From Euglena gracilis (lineage: Eukaryota), in contig CP154954.1 of NCBI GenBank assembly GCA_039621445.1, forward strand, positions 32,713,455 to 32,777,454: DNA of 64,000 nt. Reading direction: 5' to 3'. The notes below the pieces were generated by a model, which saw only the letters and a program-made list of their open reading frames with translations, did not search any database and was not told the DNA's origin. Below are positions 38,001 to 51,890 of this stretch, in pieces. Numbering within the stretch: the stretch's first letter is position 1; the number at the start of each line of letters is the position of its first letter. Position numbers and translations under genes: made by a program.

Positions 38001-41000
38001 TGCCAGATTTTTTCAGCACGCAGGGAGAGCAAGGGGAGCCTGGGATCGACAGCTTCCGCACCGGGTGCTTTCTTTAAAGACTCCTCCAGAGGACGGTTGG
38101 TTATTTGGCCGGGCACTCAGAGCAGTATATTGTGCCGGAGCTTCACCCTGACAGCCTGCAGCTGGTTTCCGAAGGAGCAGCCCGCCACTCCACAGGTTCA
38201 CCCCCCCTGGAAACTGTCCTCTTTGTCCCTTTTGCACCTGCTGGGGGGGACCAGGCCGTCGCAAAACATTTTTTTCCAGGAGAGGGAAGGAGACAGAGCA
38301 GCTTTTTTGCAGCGCCCCAAACCCGACCTCCCCGACCCCCCCCCCCCTTGTCCAACGACCGGCCTTGTCCAACGACCACCCCTCGGTCAGTAGCAATCTT
38401 TTTCCAGGTGATCTTTTTTTCCAGATTTGCGTTTTGACCCCGGTCTTGTCAAACGACCACCCCCTGGTCAGTGGCGATATTTGGCCAAATAGCGACCCCC
38501 CCCCCCCCGGACAGCAACGATATTTAGCGGTATAAGGGGAGGGAGGTAATTTGGGAAGGGGGCTGTGAACCACCCCCAAAACCACCATTTTTTTGGTGGG
38601 ACCCAGGTTTCTTGTACAGTTGTACAGGGTCCCTGTATTTTTTCCCCTAAAGGGATTGGCATCGAAGACCGTCATCAACCAAAGGGCTGATTGAATAAAA
38701 GGCCAGTCCAATCCCAGAGGGCTCAATGGGCTCAAAGGTCGAAACGCAAGTGCAGAACTCTGGGGGTTTTGTGTCATGGAAACACATGAGGGGGGAAATT
38801 CGGCATTTCTTGGAAGACAAGATGATCCCCCCAAAGCATCTCTTATCCACCCCAAGTGGGGGTTCTTGGGTGGAGTGAAGATTCAGCAATTGTGCAGCCA
38901 ACGTACACTCCAAAGAGGAAGTTGTGTCCCCCCCCCCCTGCAGGTCTGGGGCTGTACAACATGTTCCCGATGGGTGCGGATGCGCAAACCTTTGCCATCG
39001 ATACTTTTGCGGAGCCCATCCGCCGCTTTGTGGAAGGCTGCGATGCCTTGCAGGGCTACCACATGACCTGCGATGCGCTGGGTGCGTTCGGGGGCCTGAC
39101 GCACCGGTTGGTGGAGACCCAGCAGGCTTTCCGCTGCAGTCACCCAATTCCACCAAATGGCGCAACATGTGCTGCCATTTGGAGTTTGTATTGCGCCCTC
39201 ACTGATTTGTCAACCCACCCCTCCCAGTCGCCAACTACGCCTGCCAGCCACGGTGCCAATTTATCTCTCGTCCAGGCTCTGATCATCCAAGGGCAGGCAG
39301 GCTTGGTTTGCAGGAAAGGCATGCTGACTGCACCATAAAGGACGACCTCGGCAACCGGCCAGTCTTCCTCCAGGCGGTGAATCAACCTGAACGTTCCCCG
39401 TCGGCCCATCAGACACTACACCGCACTCTTCATCTGCTCAATTTTGGCTTCAGCACTGCCGATTTGGTGTGCTGTGCAAGTCCAAAAACGCTCTTCATGC
39501 ATTCCTCTCCCCAGACGACTGAAAGAAAGGGGCTAAAGGGGAGCCGCAAGGCAGGGGGGGGGGAAACGCGGAGCGCATATTTTGCGCATATTCTACATAT
39601 TTAGTGCATATTTCGTTTTTTGACCCCAAAATCACATGTTTTGTGCATTTTTCGCATATTTTCCGAGGGTTTTCCCGCTGCATATTTGCCCATTCCCGCA
39701 TATTTTCGGCAGCTTTTTGGGGGCCATTTTTGACTTCTTTCCAACCATTTTAGGCCATTTGTTTTCCTTTTCGGCCCTTTTTTTGCCAGTTTTGGCCCAT
39801 TTGCATTTTGGGGTACTCTGAGCCACATTGGGCCATTTTTGCGTCGTTTTGGACCAATGTTTTCCTTTTTGGGCATTTTCTTTGGCGATTGTTGGCCGTT
39901 TCATTTTGGCAAATCAGCTGTTTCTTTTTTGGCATTTGGTAGGACTTTCTCAAGGTGCACCCTCTCTTCACAGAGTGCAGCCGGGGACGTATACGTTCCC
40001 CTCAACATTGCCGACTGGATGATTCCCACCGACCCAGCCCCTTTCCCGTTGCTGCTTTTCGACCTCAAGGCCGACACCGTGGCCCAAACAGCAGTGTGCA
40101 TGCACCCCTCTGTTGTTTTGGAAATTTTTGCTTTTGAAGATGCTGAAATGAATGAGGCCAGGGAAACAAATTTTCACAGTGCTTTATGAAACCCCTGTGA
40201 AAGGGCTGGATGGTTGGACTCCCCAGACTTTTGCTTGAAGGGGGGGTTCACTGGATAGGGATTTCCACCGTTGGAAATGGGATCCCCCCAACGGGAAGGT
40301 ATTGTGGGGGAAGGCCGCGTGGGGAGGTGGTCCCCACGTGGGACCCCCCCCCCCTCAGGTGATTGCTGCCGCCCTGGACACGTACCTCCTCCCGACCCGT
40401 TCCGCCGGGGCCACCGCTTACCCGTTGGGCAATCTGTGCCGGGCGCTGCGGACCTACAACTCCATGCGGGTGTCCTCGATGTTCTGCGCGGTGCCCTTCC
40501 CGGCCAGGGCCTTGCTGCCACATTCTTGGGCCATCTGCACGCCCCGGCCCGCACGCACGGCCCTTGCGGTGGTCTTCCCCGACAACGCCTCCCTGGCGGC
40601 TGCCCTTCGGGCCACGCCGCTGTACAGCCCAGCGTTCCTCCCCCTGTCGCATGCGCTGGCGGTGGGCGGTGCCCCGCAGGCGGTGGGCCAGGCCATCGTG
40701 GTGCGTGGGCTGCAGCAGCTGCCATTAAACCCACCGGAGCCGAAGGTGTGCACCGCTGATTTTCAGGGTATCAGCAGGTAGGTCCGAAAGTGCCACCGCC
40801 ACAATGTACCTCCCCCCCCCCTTGTCTAAGCACCACCCTTGTCTAAGCACCACCCCCCCGGTTCTTACCCATCTTTTTACAGGTCATCGTCACGGGGAGG
40901 TTTATTTTGTGTGCATTTTTAAGGGAAATTTCTCAAACATTTCGAAATTTCTGCAACTTCTGAGACCTGATTTGGTGAGGTATTGTTGATTTCTGCATCC

Positions 41001-44000
41001 AAATGTGTGTAAGTTCAACAGTGGACCTCCAAATTAAGGTGAATTTTTCTTTTTCGGCGCGAAGCGCCGGATTTTTTTTGCATTCAAAAATTTCCCCCTT
41101 GTCTGAGCACCACCCCCCTGGTTCTTACCCATATTTTGGCAAAATAAGCACCACCCCCCCGGTTCTTACCCATCTTTTCCGGTTCTTAGACAAGGGGGGG
41201 GGAGGTATGAGGACAAATATCTGACAGTTTGGCCCACAGCTCCATAAAGAGATTGACAGCCTCGATTGGATGACCCCGGCCGTCTCTAGACAAAAAATGC
41301 CCCCCCCCCCCCCTTCCCCCCGCCCCGAGTCCCAGGGAATTGGACTGTTTATGTGATGATTCCCTCACTGCACACCACTCTGAGCCCCCACATTGATGCT
41401 TTGTCTCTTCTGATTTGATATTTGAGTGGCCAACCGCCCTGCCCGGGGGGGGGGGCAGTGATTTAAGTAACCTCCCCTTGGGTATAAAGTTTTTATAAAG
41501 TTTGCAGGGGGGTTCGGGGGCCCTTTCCCCAGCGTACGGGAATCATTGATTTCGAGTTTGGGTTGATGGAGGATGTTCCAGCGATGCCCGAAATCGTTTT
41601 TCCCCCAGGATTGGCCTGTTTTTGCTGAGATATTGCAAAAGCATTTTTGTGAAGAATTTCGAAAATTTTCCAGAATGATTTTTTAAGGGTTTTCCAAGGA
41701 CCTTCAAGGCACCCTAAAAGAACACCTCCCGACGATCCCCCCCCCCCCCCCGACAGCTCCCCGAAACCCCCCGCATATGCAGCCCGGGTTTTTACCTCCT
41801 GCTTGGTTGTGTGTACCGTCAGCGGTCAAGTTGCTCATATTCCCTCATTTGGATTTCATTCCAAGAGGGGCCGCAAGCAGCTGAGATTTGTGCGTGATTG
41901 AATGCAATTGCAGAGACGCTTTTTTTTTTCAGGCAAGAACCCTCTTTTGGATGAGTCGGTTGTGTGGTGCTGTGGTGAGTTGAGTGAGTCGAACCCACTC
42001 ATCTGGCGTTGCCTGGTTCAGACACCCAACCACAGCCTTGGCCCATCCAGGCAAGCAGAGGTTGAGAATTGAATGGTCCGAGGTTTTTTTGGAAAAAATC
42101 CCTGCAGTGGTCAAAAGGACAACAAAATTGGGGATTGTGAGTTTCTGACAGAAGGCAGCTTGGAGGGGAGGATTAACCATTTTGATATTGATCCGGAGCT
42201 TTGCAATGACACCCATCGGCTCGATTGGATGACCCCCACAAGTGTGCCACTCTGCGCTGGCAGCAACGGGCTGATCATCTCCGCAAGGTGGGGAACGGTT
42301 TGCGGATTGACATACACAGGGGCGGGAATTGGAATTAGTGTGCATTTTGATTTGTTTGAGAATTTGAACTGCAGGGGACATGAATGCGAGGGACGGACGG
42401 AAGGCAATTGACACAGGGAAGGGCAAGCGGGAACCAGCTTTGGCAATGCATCTCCACTGCACCAAATTGTAAATTGTTGAGATGTCAACTGTAAAAGGTT
42501 GTAATCTTATTGAAATCTTATTACAATCAATGTAAGTTGTTATAAAGGGAAAGGAAAGTACATACGCCAGTTGTGTTTGCTCATTGCGTTTTGGGGCCAG
42601 AGGATGGATGTGAATCTCGTTGAACCGAACGCATTGTGAAGGAGATGGCTTGGATTGCTGACCGCCAGTTGGGGAGGTTTGTTAGTTGTTGAGAAGGGAA
42701 GGGAATTTATCACAGTGTGATGAAGGACTGGGAATCTGCTCGGAGAGCTCCACCCCCCCCCCCCACAAGGCTGGACGTCCCCCATTTGTCCGGCTGGATT
42801 CATCCCCGGATGTGTGGCCGCTGTGCCTTGTGATGACCACCACCGTTGCACACCACCGAAATGAATTGTGATTCGTGTACGGAGTCTGGAGTCTGATGGC
42901 CCATGGCAATGGGTTGAGATGGATTGTCCCCTCAAGAACGCAATTGTCTTGCCCCAGCTGTTTGTTCGCATGCGGTTACCCTGAATTGGCATTGGGTGGG
43001 CTGACAGCCGACAACGCGCAAAAGTTTGCATGATGCACATCTTATTTCTCAACACCAGAGTTCACACTGTGATGGCACAATGATTCCCCTGGCTGATCAG
43101 CATCCGTCCCTCCAGGGGCACAGAAAACGGGTGGGGCGGCCATTGACGGCTGCCAGTGTGGTGGGAGGGAGGATTAGCTTTGCTGTTTGGCCCGGAGCTC
43201 TGCAATGACACCCATAGGCTCGATTGGATGACCTCCACCGGCAGCCACGGCCCCTCCTCCTGAATGGCAAGCACGCTGGACTGGCGGGAATGCTGTTTTG
43301 GATAATGATTCGTTTGTGTGTGGTGCTGTGGTGGGTTGGGTGGACTCAACCCAGCAACCCTGGTTCTGCTGGGCGGGCGCTCAATTTAGGCAGCAGCATT
43401 CTCATTTCATCTTTTTGCGTTGGTTTGCGCGTCAGACCTCCATTTAGTATGTATCACCAAAATTTTTTTTTACGTATCACATGTATCACAGCCTAAAAAT
43501 TAATGTATCACATATGTATCACCAAAAATTTTTTAATGTATCACATATGTATCACCAAAAATTTTTTAATGTATCACATATGTATCACCATTTTTTTTAG
43601 AAATTTTTACATTTTTACATCAAAATGCTTTTTTAGCTTCCTGTTCCACTTTTTATCCTTGTTTCTTTGCCTCTCTGCAGACAAATGGAGCATTTTTCTT
43701 GTGATGATGTTTTGGATGACAACTGCACGGAGCTGCGGAACGTGGAGGACGAGGGCATCCCCGATTCGCCTCCTGGAGAGGGTTCTTCATCAGAGTCTGC
43801 CCCCCCCCCCCAGAAAAGAAATTGAAAGTGACACTGCCCACCCGAAAGCAGCTTCATCCAGCACAGTGTAGAAGACTTCGTTCCATTATTCTCTCATCCC
43901 GACCAAAAATTAAAAAATAGCGGCTGAGAAGTTGCTGACAAAAACAAACAAAAAATATGGCTGCCGGGGACCCGCCCAAAGAGAAAACCCCGTGCATGCC

Positions 44001-47000
44001 TCAAAATGAAGAAAAAAAAGATGATGGGGACCTGCATTGGCAGACAGGTCAGCACCACGGAAGTGGGGCTGCAGCAGCCATGGGAACCTGAATTCCTGAA
44101 GCCCGGGTGAGTGCCATCTTGCGTTTGTCTGTAAATTTTTCATCTTACAAATTTGTGTTTCACAACTTTTATTATACGTTGCACCAAGGAGAATTTGTGT
44201 ATCACACATGTATCACCAAAAATTTTTTAATGTATCACATATGTATCACCCAAAAAAAATTAATGTATCACATACGTATCACCAAAAAAAAATTAATGTA
44301 TCACAGATACGTTGTGATACGCACTAAATGGCGGTCTGTTGCGCGTATGCGCAAATTAACGAAAATTTTATTTCGGCTCTGGGGTGTCCGATAATATGGC
44401 GAGATGCGCAAAAATCCGTTTTTTTTGATGGTGTTACTCCGGGAACTTGCCAAAAAATTGTGTTTTTGGAGGGTCCGGAAATGGGCTGCACACATCGAAA
44501 CCCCCGGGACCACTCCCCCCCCCCCCCGAGTGAAAGCGAGAAGGCTGGGAAAGGCTTGAGTTTTTTCCGCCATTGATAGCTTGGTTGTGTACACCATCAG
44601 TGGTCAAGTTGCTCATATTCCCTCATGGGCTTTGCATTCCAAGAGGGGCCGCAAGCAACTGAGATTTGCCTGAATGCAGAACGCTGCATTTTTGCAGGCA
44701 GCCTCCCGGCAAGAATCCTATTTTGGATTTGGATTCGTTTGCGCGGTTTTGTGGCGGAATGGGAAGGGTGGTCCCACAATGGAATGGGAAGGGGGTTTTG
44801 TTGCGCATTTGGGCTGGCCATGGGCTGGTTTGAAGAAATCATTTTGTTTCCCTGGAGTTGGCCTGTTGTTGCCGAGATTTTATGGTTGCATTTTTGTTTG
44901 GAGAATATTTTGCCAGATTTTTAATTTAAGGCATTTGTAGGTTTTTGGTGTGCCTCAAAGATGATGCCCGTCAACCCCACGGCACTCCCAATCCCGATAA
45001 GCCACAGCCAACAGTGCCCTAGCACAGACACCAGCGCCAAAGGCGCGGGGGTGCCAAAATGGCCTATTTTCAAAGGAGTGTGCCTGGGCGCAGGCCGAAA
45101 TCCGACCCTCCCCCGTGGGGGGTGGTGGCTGCCTGGGCAGGCTCCACATGGCTCTCCGGACCCCCCCCCCTCACCCCCCCCCCAGGTTGGTAAAAAAAAC
45201 AGCCTGATCTGTAGCAGGCTTTTGCTTAAGGGATTGCAGTACCCCCGGGCAGGCACCTACGGCCGACCAGGGCCGACCATGGCCGACCAGGGCCGACTAT
45301 GGTTTTCAGGACCCCCGTAGGTGGGGGTTCCGACCAGGGCCGATTTGCATGCGGTTGGCCGACCGAAGGGGAATGGATGAAGGAATTCGGCAGCTTTCCC
45401 TCTGTAACAAGCACCTCTGATGATGCTGGGCGATGCAGGGCGATGCTGGGTGATGCTGGATTTTTGGAGACAGAGGTGGGGTTCCAATGCTTTTTTTTTG
45501 GATGGCTGAAGTGGGGTCCATATTTGGGCCTATACTGCTGGGTACACCCTCCCTCCCCCGCAGACCACTCCAGCATGCCTTTCATGTCTGCCCATGCCTC
45601 TGCCTCTGCTGCCGTGCTGGACCTCTCTGTCCCCCTCCGGGAGGTGTGTGACTCCCCTGGAGCCGAAGGTATCGTGCCCCTGCTGCATACCTGCGTACAG
45701 ACTCCACATTGGTGCTTGCTTCGTACCTGAGTCGACGATGTTCGTCCCTGGCTCGTCTGGCCTTCCTTGAGTGACTCCCTGGCGTGGATGCTTTGGTGGG
45801 AGAGGGAGGTTATGGGGGGAATCTTAAGTTGTGGGATAAACGGGGCGACTGTAGTTGCGGTTGTAGGCATGTACATGATCATGTGCATCCGTGGATGCTT
45901 GTAAGGCATGTGAATCCGAGAATGCGCATGTGCGCATGTGTAGGGTGCGCATACTGCGCTTTTGGAAGGATTGGCATCCAACGAGCCGCGAATTTAATGC
46001 ACAAAGTCGCGAGTTGGATGTCGAGGAAGGTTGGTTGGAGGCCAAGAAGCGGGACCCCCGGGAAGTGTAACCCCCGAAGGCTTTTGCTGACTAGCCTCTC
46101 CTTCAGTGGAGGAAGCTGCGTGGTCGGGAGAAGCACGACTGGCATGCTGCTGCTGGAGAGGCAGCGGTGGGACCGGCTGGAGGAGTTGTTGGTGCTGGAG
46201 GGTGAGGTGGTCGTGTTTGCAGTACCCTTCCAGTGCCCCTGCTGTATTTTGTGTGCCTGAATTTTGGTCTTCGGTTATAGGGTATTATTGGATGGCTCTA
46301 GGGTGATGCAGGGCGATGCAGGGCGAGGATGGGTGACCGAAGGTGCTTGCCAATGGAGGCTTTATGGGGCATTTCCTTTTGATCTTGGCGAGACAATTCA
46401 GAAAATCATCGCATCCCTTCACATTTTTTCTGTGGCGGATACCCCCACCTATGGCCGACTATTTGCCGACCAGGGCCGACCAGGGCCGACCAGAGCACCA
46501 AAATGGGAAGTGACCATAGGTGCCTGCCCCCGGGGGGGTGGCTGGACTAGCTAGTCCAAATTTGGCTAGTGAGATTTCTAGCAGACCCCCCCCCCTGGGG
46601 GGGATCTGCTAGCAGGGCTAGCTAGTGGAAAACTTTTTCCTGTGACCGGCGCAAAGCGCCGGAATTTTTTTTGGGACCCCCCAAAATGGCCAAAAATGGG
46701 AATTCTCGGAACAAAATCAGCCAAAAACCTATTAAAAACGTCATTTCCACCTCGGCGTGCAGTGCCGGAGGAAAATTTTTTATCCAGTTGGGGGGACCCC
46801 CCAGGGGGGTCTAGCTAGTCCATTTTTTCCAGTGTCTAGCCGATTGGCTAGGAAGTCCCCCCCCCCCCCCGGGTCTTTAAACAAAAGCCTGATCCGTAGT
46901 GATGATCAAAAGCCAAGGAAGTTTGGGCTTGTAAAATGCTGTTTGGAGGAGAGGATTAATTTTGTTGATTTTGATCCGGAGCTCTGCAATGACAACCCTC

Positions 47001-50000
47001 GGCTCGATTGGATGACCTCCACAGGTGTCGTGTCCCCCAGACCAGCTCAGAGCCCCAAACCAGCTACGAAGTTCAGTAATTTGGAGTGGATTACGTGATG
47101 ATCCCCTTACTGCACACCACAATGAGCCTCGCGTTGATTCTTTGTCCGCCCTGATTGCTTGGCCCATGTTTTTCAACCAGTGACAGACAGAAGGCAATTG
47201 AAGCTCCCCCCCCCCCCGCGTGTTATTGATCCTCTGGGCTGTTGGCCCATTTTGCCCCCCGTCCTCTGCTGCGCCCAACCTGACCCCCCCCCCCGAAAAA
47301 GGTTGCGCTGAAAAAAGTGGACTGGGAACCTGCTCGGAGGCGACCATTTCAAGCCCCCCCCCCACAAGGCTGGACATCCCCCACTTGTTCAGGTGGATTC
47401 ATCCCCGGATGTGTGGCCGCTGTGCCTTGTGATGACCACCACCGTTGCACACCACCGAAATGAATTGTGATTCGTGTACGGAGTCTGGAGTCTGATGGCA
47501 ATGGGTTGAGATGGATTGTCCCCTCAAGAACGCAATTGTCTTGCCCCAGCTGTTTGTTCACATGCAGTTACCCTGAATTGGCATTGGATGGGCTGACATG
47601 ATGCACATCATATTTCTCAACACCAGAGTTCACACTGTGATGGCACAATGATTCCCCTGGCTGATCAGCATCCGTCTCTCCAGGGGCACAGAAAACGGGT
47701 GGGGCAGCCATTGACGGCTGCCAGTGTGGTGGGAGGGAGGATTAGCTTTGCTTTGTTTGGCCCGGAGCTCTGCAATGACACCCATAGGCTCGATTGGATG
47801 ACCTCCACCGGCAGCCACGGCCCCTCCTCCTGAATGGCAAGCACGCTGGACTGGCGGGAATGCTGTTTTGGATAATGATTCGTTTGTGTGTGGTGCTGTG
47901 GTGGGTTGGGTGGCTTTGCCTGGAGAGGGCTCAATTTCCCCCACCCGCCTTCCCCGCACCAGCCCTGGCTCATCCAGGCAAGGATGAGTTAGTTGATCCA
48001 GCTCATGGGGATTGTGAAATGAATCAGCTTGGAAGGGAGGATTGATTATGTTGATTTTGATCCGGAGCTTTTGCAATGACACCCATCGGCTCGATTGGAT
48101 GACCTCCACAGGTGACCCTTTAGACCAATTCAGATCCCCAATTTTGGCACAATGGCAAAGCCCAGGAAATCAGTTCCAGATTACCGTGCGTTGCACCAAA
48201 AGGAAAGAAAGCCCACAGAATGTTTTCGTGCAAATGGTTTTGGTGAGAGCCAAATGCATGTGCTCTGTGGGCGGGGGATTTTCCCCTCCGGTGGGTATCA
48301 TGTTCAGCATCAGCTGCCCCACCCACCCCAATTGTTGACCAGGAGAAGGCTTCTGATTCTGATTTGGTGCTTGGCAATGACAGTCACCAGCTCGACTGGA
48401 TGACCAGCAACAGTGCTGGGGCGAAAGGAAGCGTAACCCCCCGAGTGCCATTCGGGGCAAAGCAAATTGGGTGGACGTTGTATTTCTTCAGAAGAGATAA
48501 TCCATTTGGTGGGTAAATTGAATTGTTGGAAAATGGAAGGTGCAAAGGAAGAAGAGCAATTTGTATGAACCACCCAAATATCCTGGCAGTGTACGAACAA
48601 CCTTGCAAAGGGCAAGGCAACAAGATTGTTCTTGTCTTTTGGCACCCCGCCAGGTCATTTTGGGAGGGGGTTTTGATTTGGTGGTGAATGCAGTTGAAGG
48701 CGTGGAGGCCACCTCCAAAATTTTTATCCCCCCCCTCGCCCCAAATGGTACCTTGGGGTTATGATTTTTTAAGGCTCAATTTTTAAAAATTTCAAAGTTT
48801 TTTTTGATTTTTGTTTTAGTTTTGTTTATAGGTTTTTAATGTTCAATTTTAAGGCATTTTTTAAAATTTCATTGTATCTCTTTTCCAGGGGAAGTACAAG
48901 GGCCATCTGGATGTCAAATGGCCTAAAATCAGAAAAAGGTTGAAAAACTTTTTTTTCGAGTTTGGGTTGATGGAGGATGTTCCAGCGATGCCCGAAATCG
49001 TTTTTCCCCCAGGATTGGCCTGTTTTTGCTGAGATATTGCAAAAGCATGTGAAGAATTTCGAAAATTTTCCAGAATGTTTTTTTAAGGGTTCCCAAGGAC
49101 CTTCAAGGCACCCTAAAAGAATAACCCCCTGACGATCCCCCCCCCAACAGCTCCCCAAACCCCCCACACATGCAGCCTTTTTACCATTTTTTACCCTTTT
49201 TTACCTCCTGCTTGGTTGTGTGTACCGTCAGCGGTCAAGTTGCTCATATTCCCTCATTTGGATTTCATTCCAAGAGGGGCCGCAAGCAGCTGAGATTTGT
49301 GCGTGATTGAATGCAATTGCAGAGACGCTTTTTTTTTTCAGGCAAGAACCCTCTTTTGGATGAGTCGGTTGTGTGGTGCTGTGGTGAGTTGAGTGAGTCG
49401 AACCCACTCATCTGGCGTTGCCTGGTTCAGACACCCAACCACAGCCTTGGCCCATCCAGGCAAGCAGAGGTTGAGAATTGAATGGTCCGAGGTTTTTTTG
49501 GAAAAAATCCCTGCAGTGGTCAAAAGGACAACAAAATTGGGGATTGTGAGTTTCTGACAGAAGGCAGCTTGGAGGGGAGGATTAACCATTTTGATATTGA
49601 TCCGGAGCTTTGCAATGACACCCATCGGCTCGATTGGATGACCCCCACAAGTGTGCCACTCTGCGCTGGCAGCAACGGGCTGATCATCTCCGCAAGGTGG
49701 GGAACGGTTTGCGGATTGACATACACAGGGGCGGGAACTGGAATTAGTGTGCATTTTGATTTGTTTGAGAATTTGAACTGCAGGGGACATGAATGCGAGG
49801 GACGGACGGAAGGCAATTGACACAGGGAAGGGCAAGCGGGAACCAGCTTTGGCAATGCATCTCCACTGCACCAAATTGTAAATTGTTGAGATGTCAATTG
49901 TAAAAGGTTGTAATCTTATTGAAATCTTATTACAATCAATGTAAGTTGTTATAAAGGGAAAGGAAAGTACATACGCCAGTTGTGTTTGCTCATTGCGTTT

Positions 50001-51858
50001 TGGGGCCAGAGGATGGATGTGAATCTCGTTGAACCGAACACATTGTGAAGGAGATGGCTTGGATTGCTGACCGCCAGTTGGGGAGGTTTGTTAGTTGTTG
50101 AGAAGGGAAGGGAAGGGAAAAGTTTGCATGATGCACATCATATTTCTCAACACCAGAGTTCACACTGTGATGGCACAATGATTCCCCTGGCTGATCAGCA
50201 TCCGTCCCTCCAGGGGCACAGAAAACGGGTGTGGCGGCCATTGACGGCTGCCAGTGTGGTGGGAGGGAGGATTAGCTTTGCTGTTTGGCCCGGAGCTCTG
50301 CAATGACACCCATAGGCTCGATTGGATGACCTCCACCGGCAGCCACGGCCCCTCCTCCTGAATGGCAAGCACGCTGGACTGGCGGGAATGCTGTTTTGGA
50401 TAATGATTCGTTTGTGTGTGGTGCTGTGGTGGGTTGGGTGGCTTTGCCTGGAGAGGGCTCAATTTCCCCCACCCGCCTTCCCCGCACCAGCCCTGGCTCA
50501 TCCAGGCAAGGATGAGTTAGTTGATCCAGCTCATGGGGATTGTGAAATGAATCAGCTTGGAAGGGAGGATTGATTATGTTGATTTTGATCCGGAGCTTTT
50601 GCAATGACACCCATCGGCTCGATTGGATGACCTCCACAGGTGACCCTTTAGACCAATTCAGATCCCCAATTTTGGCACAATGGCAAAGCCCAGGAAATCA
50701 GTTCCAGATTACCGTGCGTTGCACCAAAAGGAAAGAAAGCCCACAGAATGTTTTCGTGCAAATGGTTTTGGTGAGAGCCAAATGCATGTGCTCTGTGGGC
50801 GGGGGATTTTCCCCTCCGGTGGGTATCATGTTCAGCATCAGCTGCCCCACCCACCCCAATTGTTGACCAGGAGAAGGCTTCTGATTCTGATTTGGTGCTT
50901 GGCAATGACAGTCACCAGCTCGACTGGATGACCAGCAACAGTGCTGGGGCGAAAGGAAGCGTAACCCCCCGAGTGCCATTCGGGGCAAAGCAAATTGGGT
51001 GGACGTTGTATTTCTTCAGAAGAGATAATCCATTTGGTGGGTAAATTGAATTGTTGGAAAATGGAAGGTGCAAAGGAAGAAGAGCAATTTGTATGAACCA
51101 CCCAAATATCCTGGCAGTGTACGAACAACCTTGCAAAGGGCAAGGCAACAAGATTGTTCTTGTCTTTTGGCACCCCGCCAGGTCATTTTGGGAGGGGGTT
51201 TTGATTTGGTGGTGAATGCAGTTGAAGGCGTGGAGGCCACCTCCAAAATTTTTATCCCCCCCCTCGCCCCAAATGGTACCTTGGGGTTATGATTTTTTAA
51301 GGCTCAATTTTTAAAATTTCAAAGTTTTTTTTGATTTTTGTTTTAGTTTTGTTTATAGGTTTTTAATGTTCAATTTTAAGGCATTTTTTAAAATTTCATT
51401 GTATCTCTTTTCCAGGGGAAGTACAAGGGCCATCTGGATGTCAAATGGCCTAAAATCAGAAAAAGGTTGAAAAACTTTTTTTTCGAGTTTGGGTTGATGG
51501 AGGATGTTCCAGCGATGCCCGAAATCGTTTTTCCCCCAGGATTGGCCTGTTTTTGCTGAGATATTGCAAAAGCATGTGAAGAATTTCGAAAATTTTCCAG
51601 AATGTTTTTTTAAGGGTTCCCAAGGACCTTCAAGGCACCCTAAAAGAATAACCCCCTGACGATCCCCCCCCCAACAGCTCCCCAAACCCCCCACACATGC
51701 AGCCTTTTTACCATTTTTTACCCTTTTTTACCTCCTGCTTGGTTGTGTGTACCGTCAGCGGTCAAGTTGCTCATATTCCCTCATTTGGATTTCATTCCAA
51801 GAGGGGCCGCAAGCAGCTGAGATTTGTGCGTGATTGAATGCAATGGCAAGAGACGGCG

Positions 51859-51890
<32 letters not shown>

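Noticed and set aside
42085-42140. RNase MRP/P P4-like pair (GAAAAAATCCC / GGGGATT)
   Set aside because: The two halves are only ~30 nt apart and form a simple hairpin; the other conserved regions are missing.
42713-42780. Further C/D snoRNA (GTGATGA..GGGAATCTGCT-CGGA)
   Set aside because: Good box C and plausible D', but no clear box D, and the sister copies lack box C; left uncalled.
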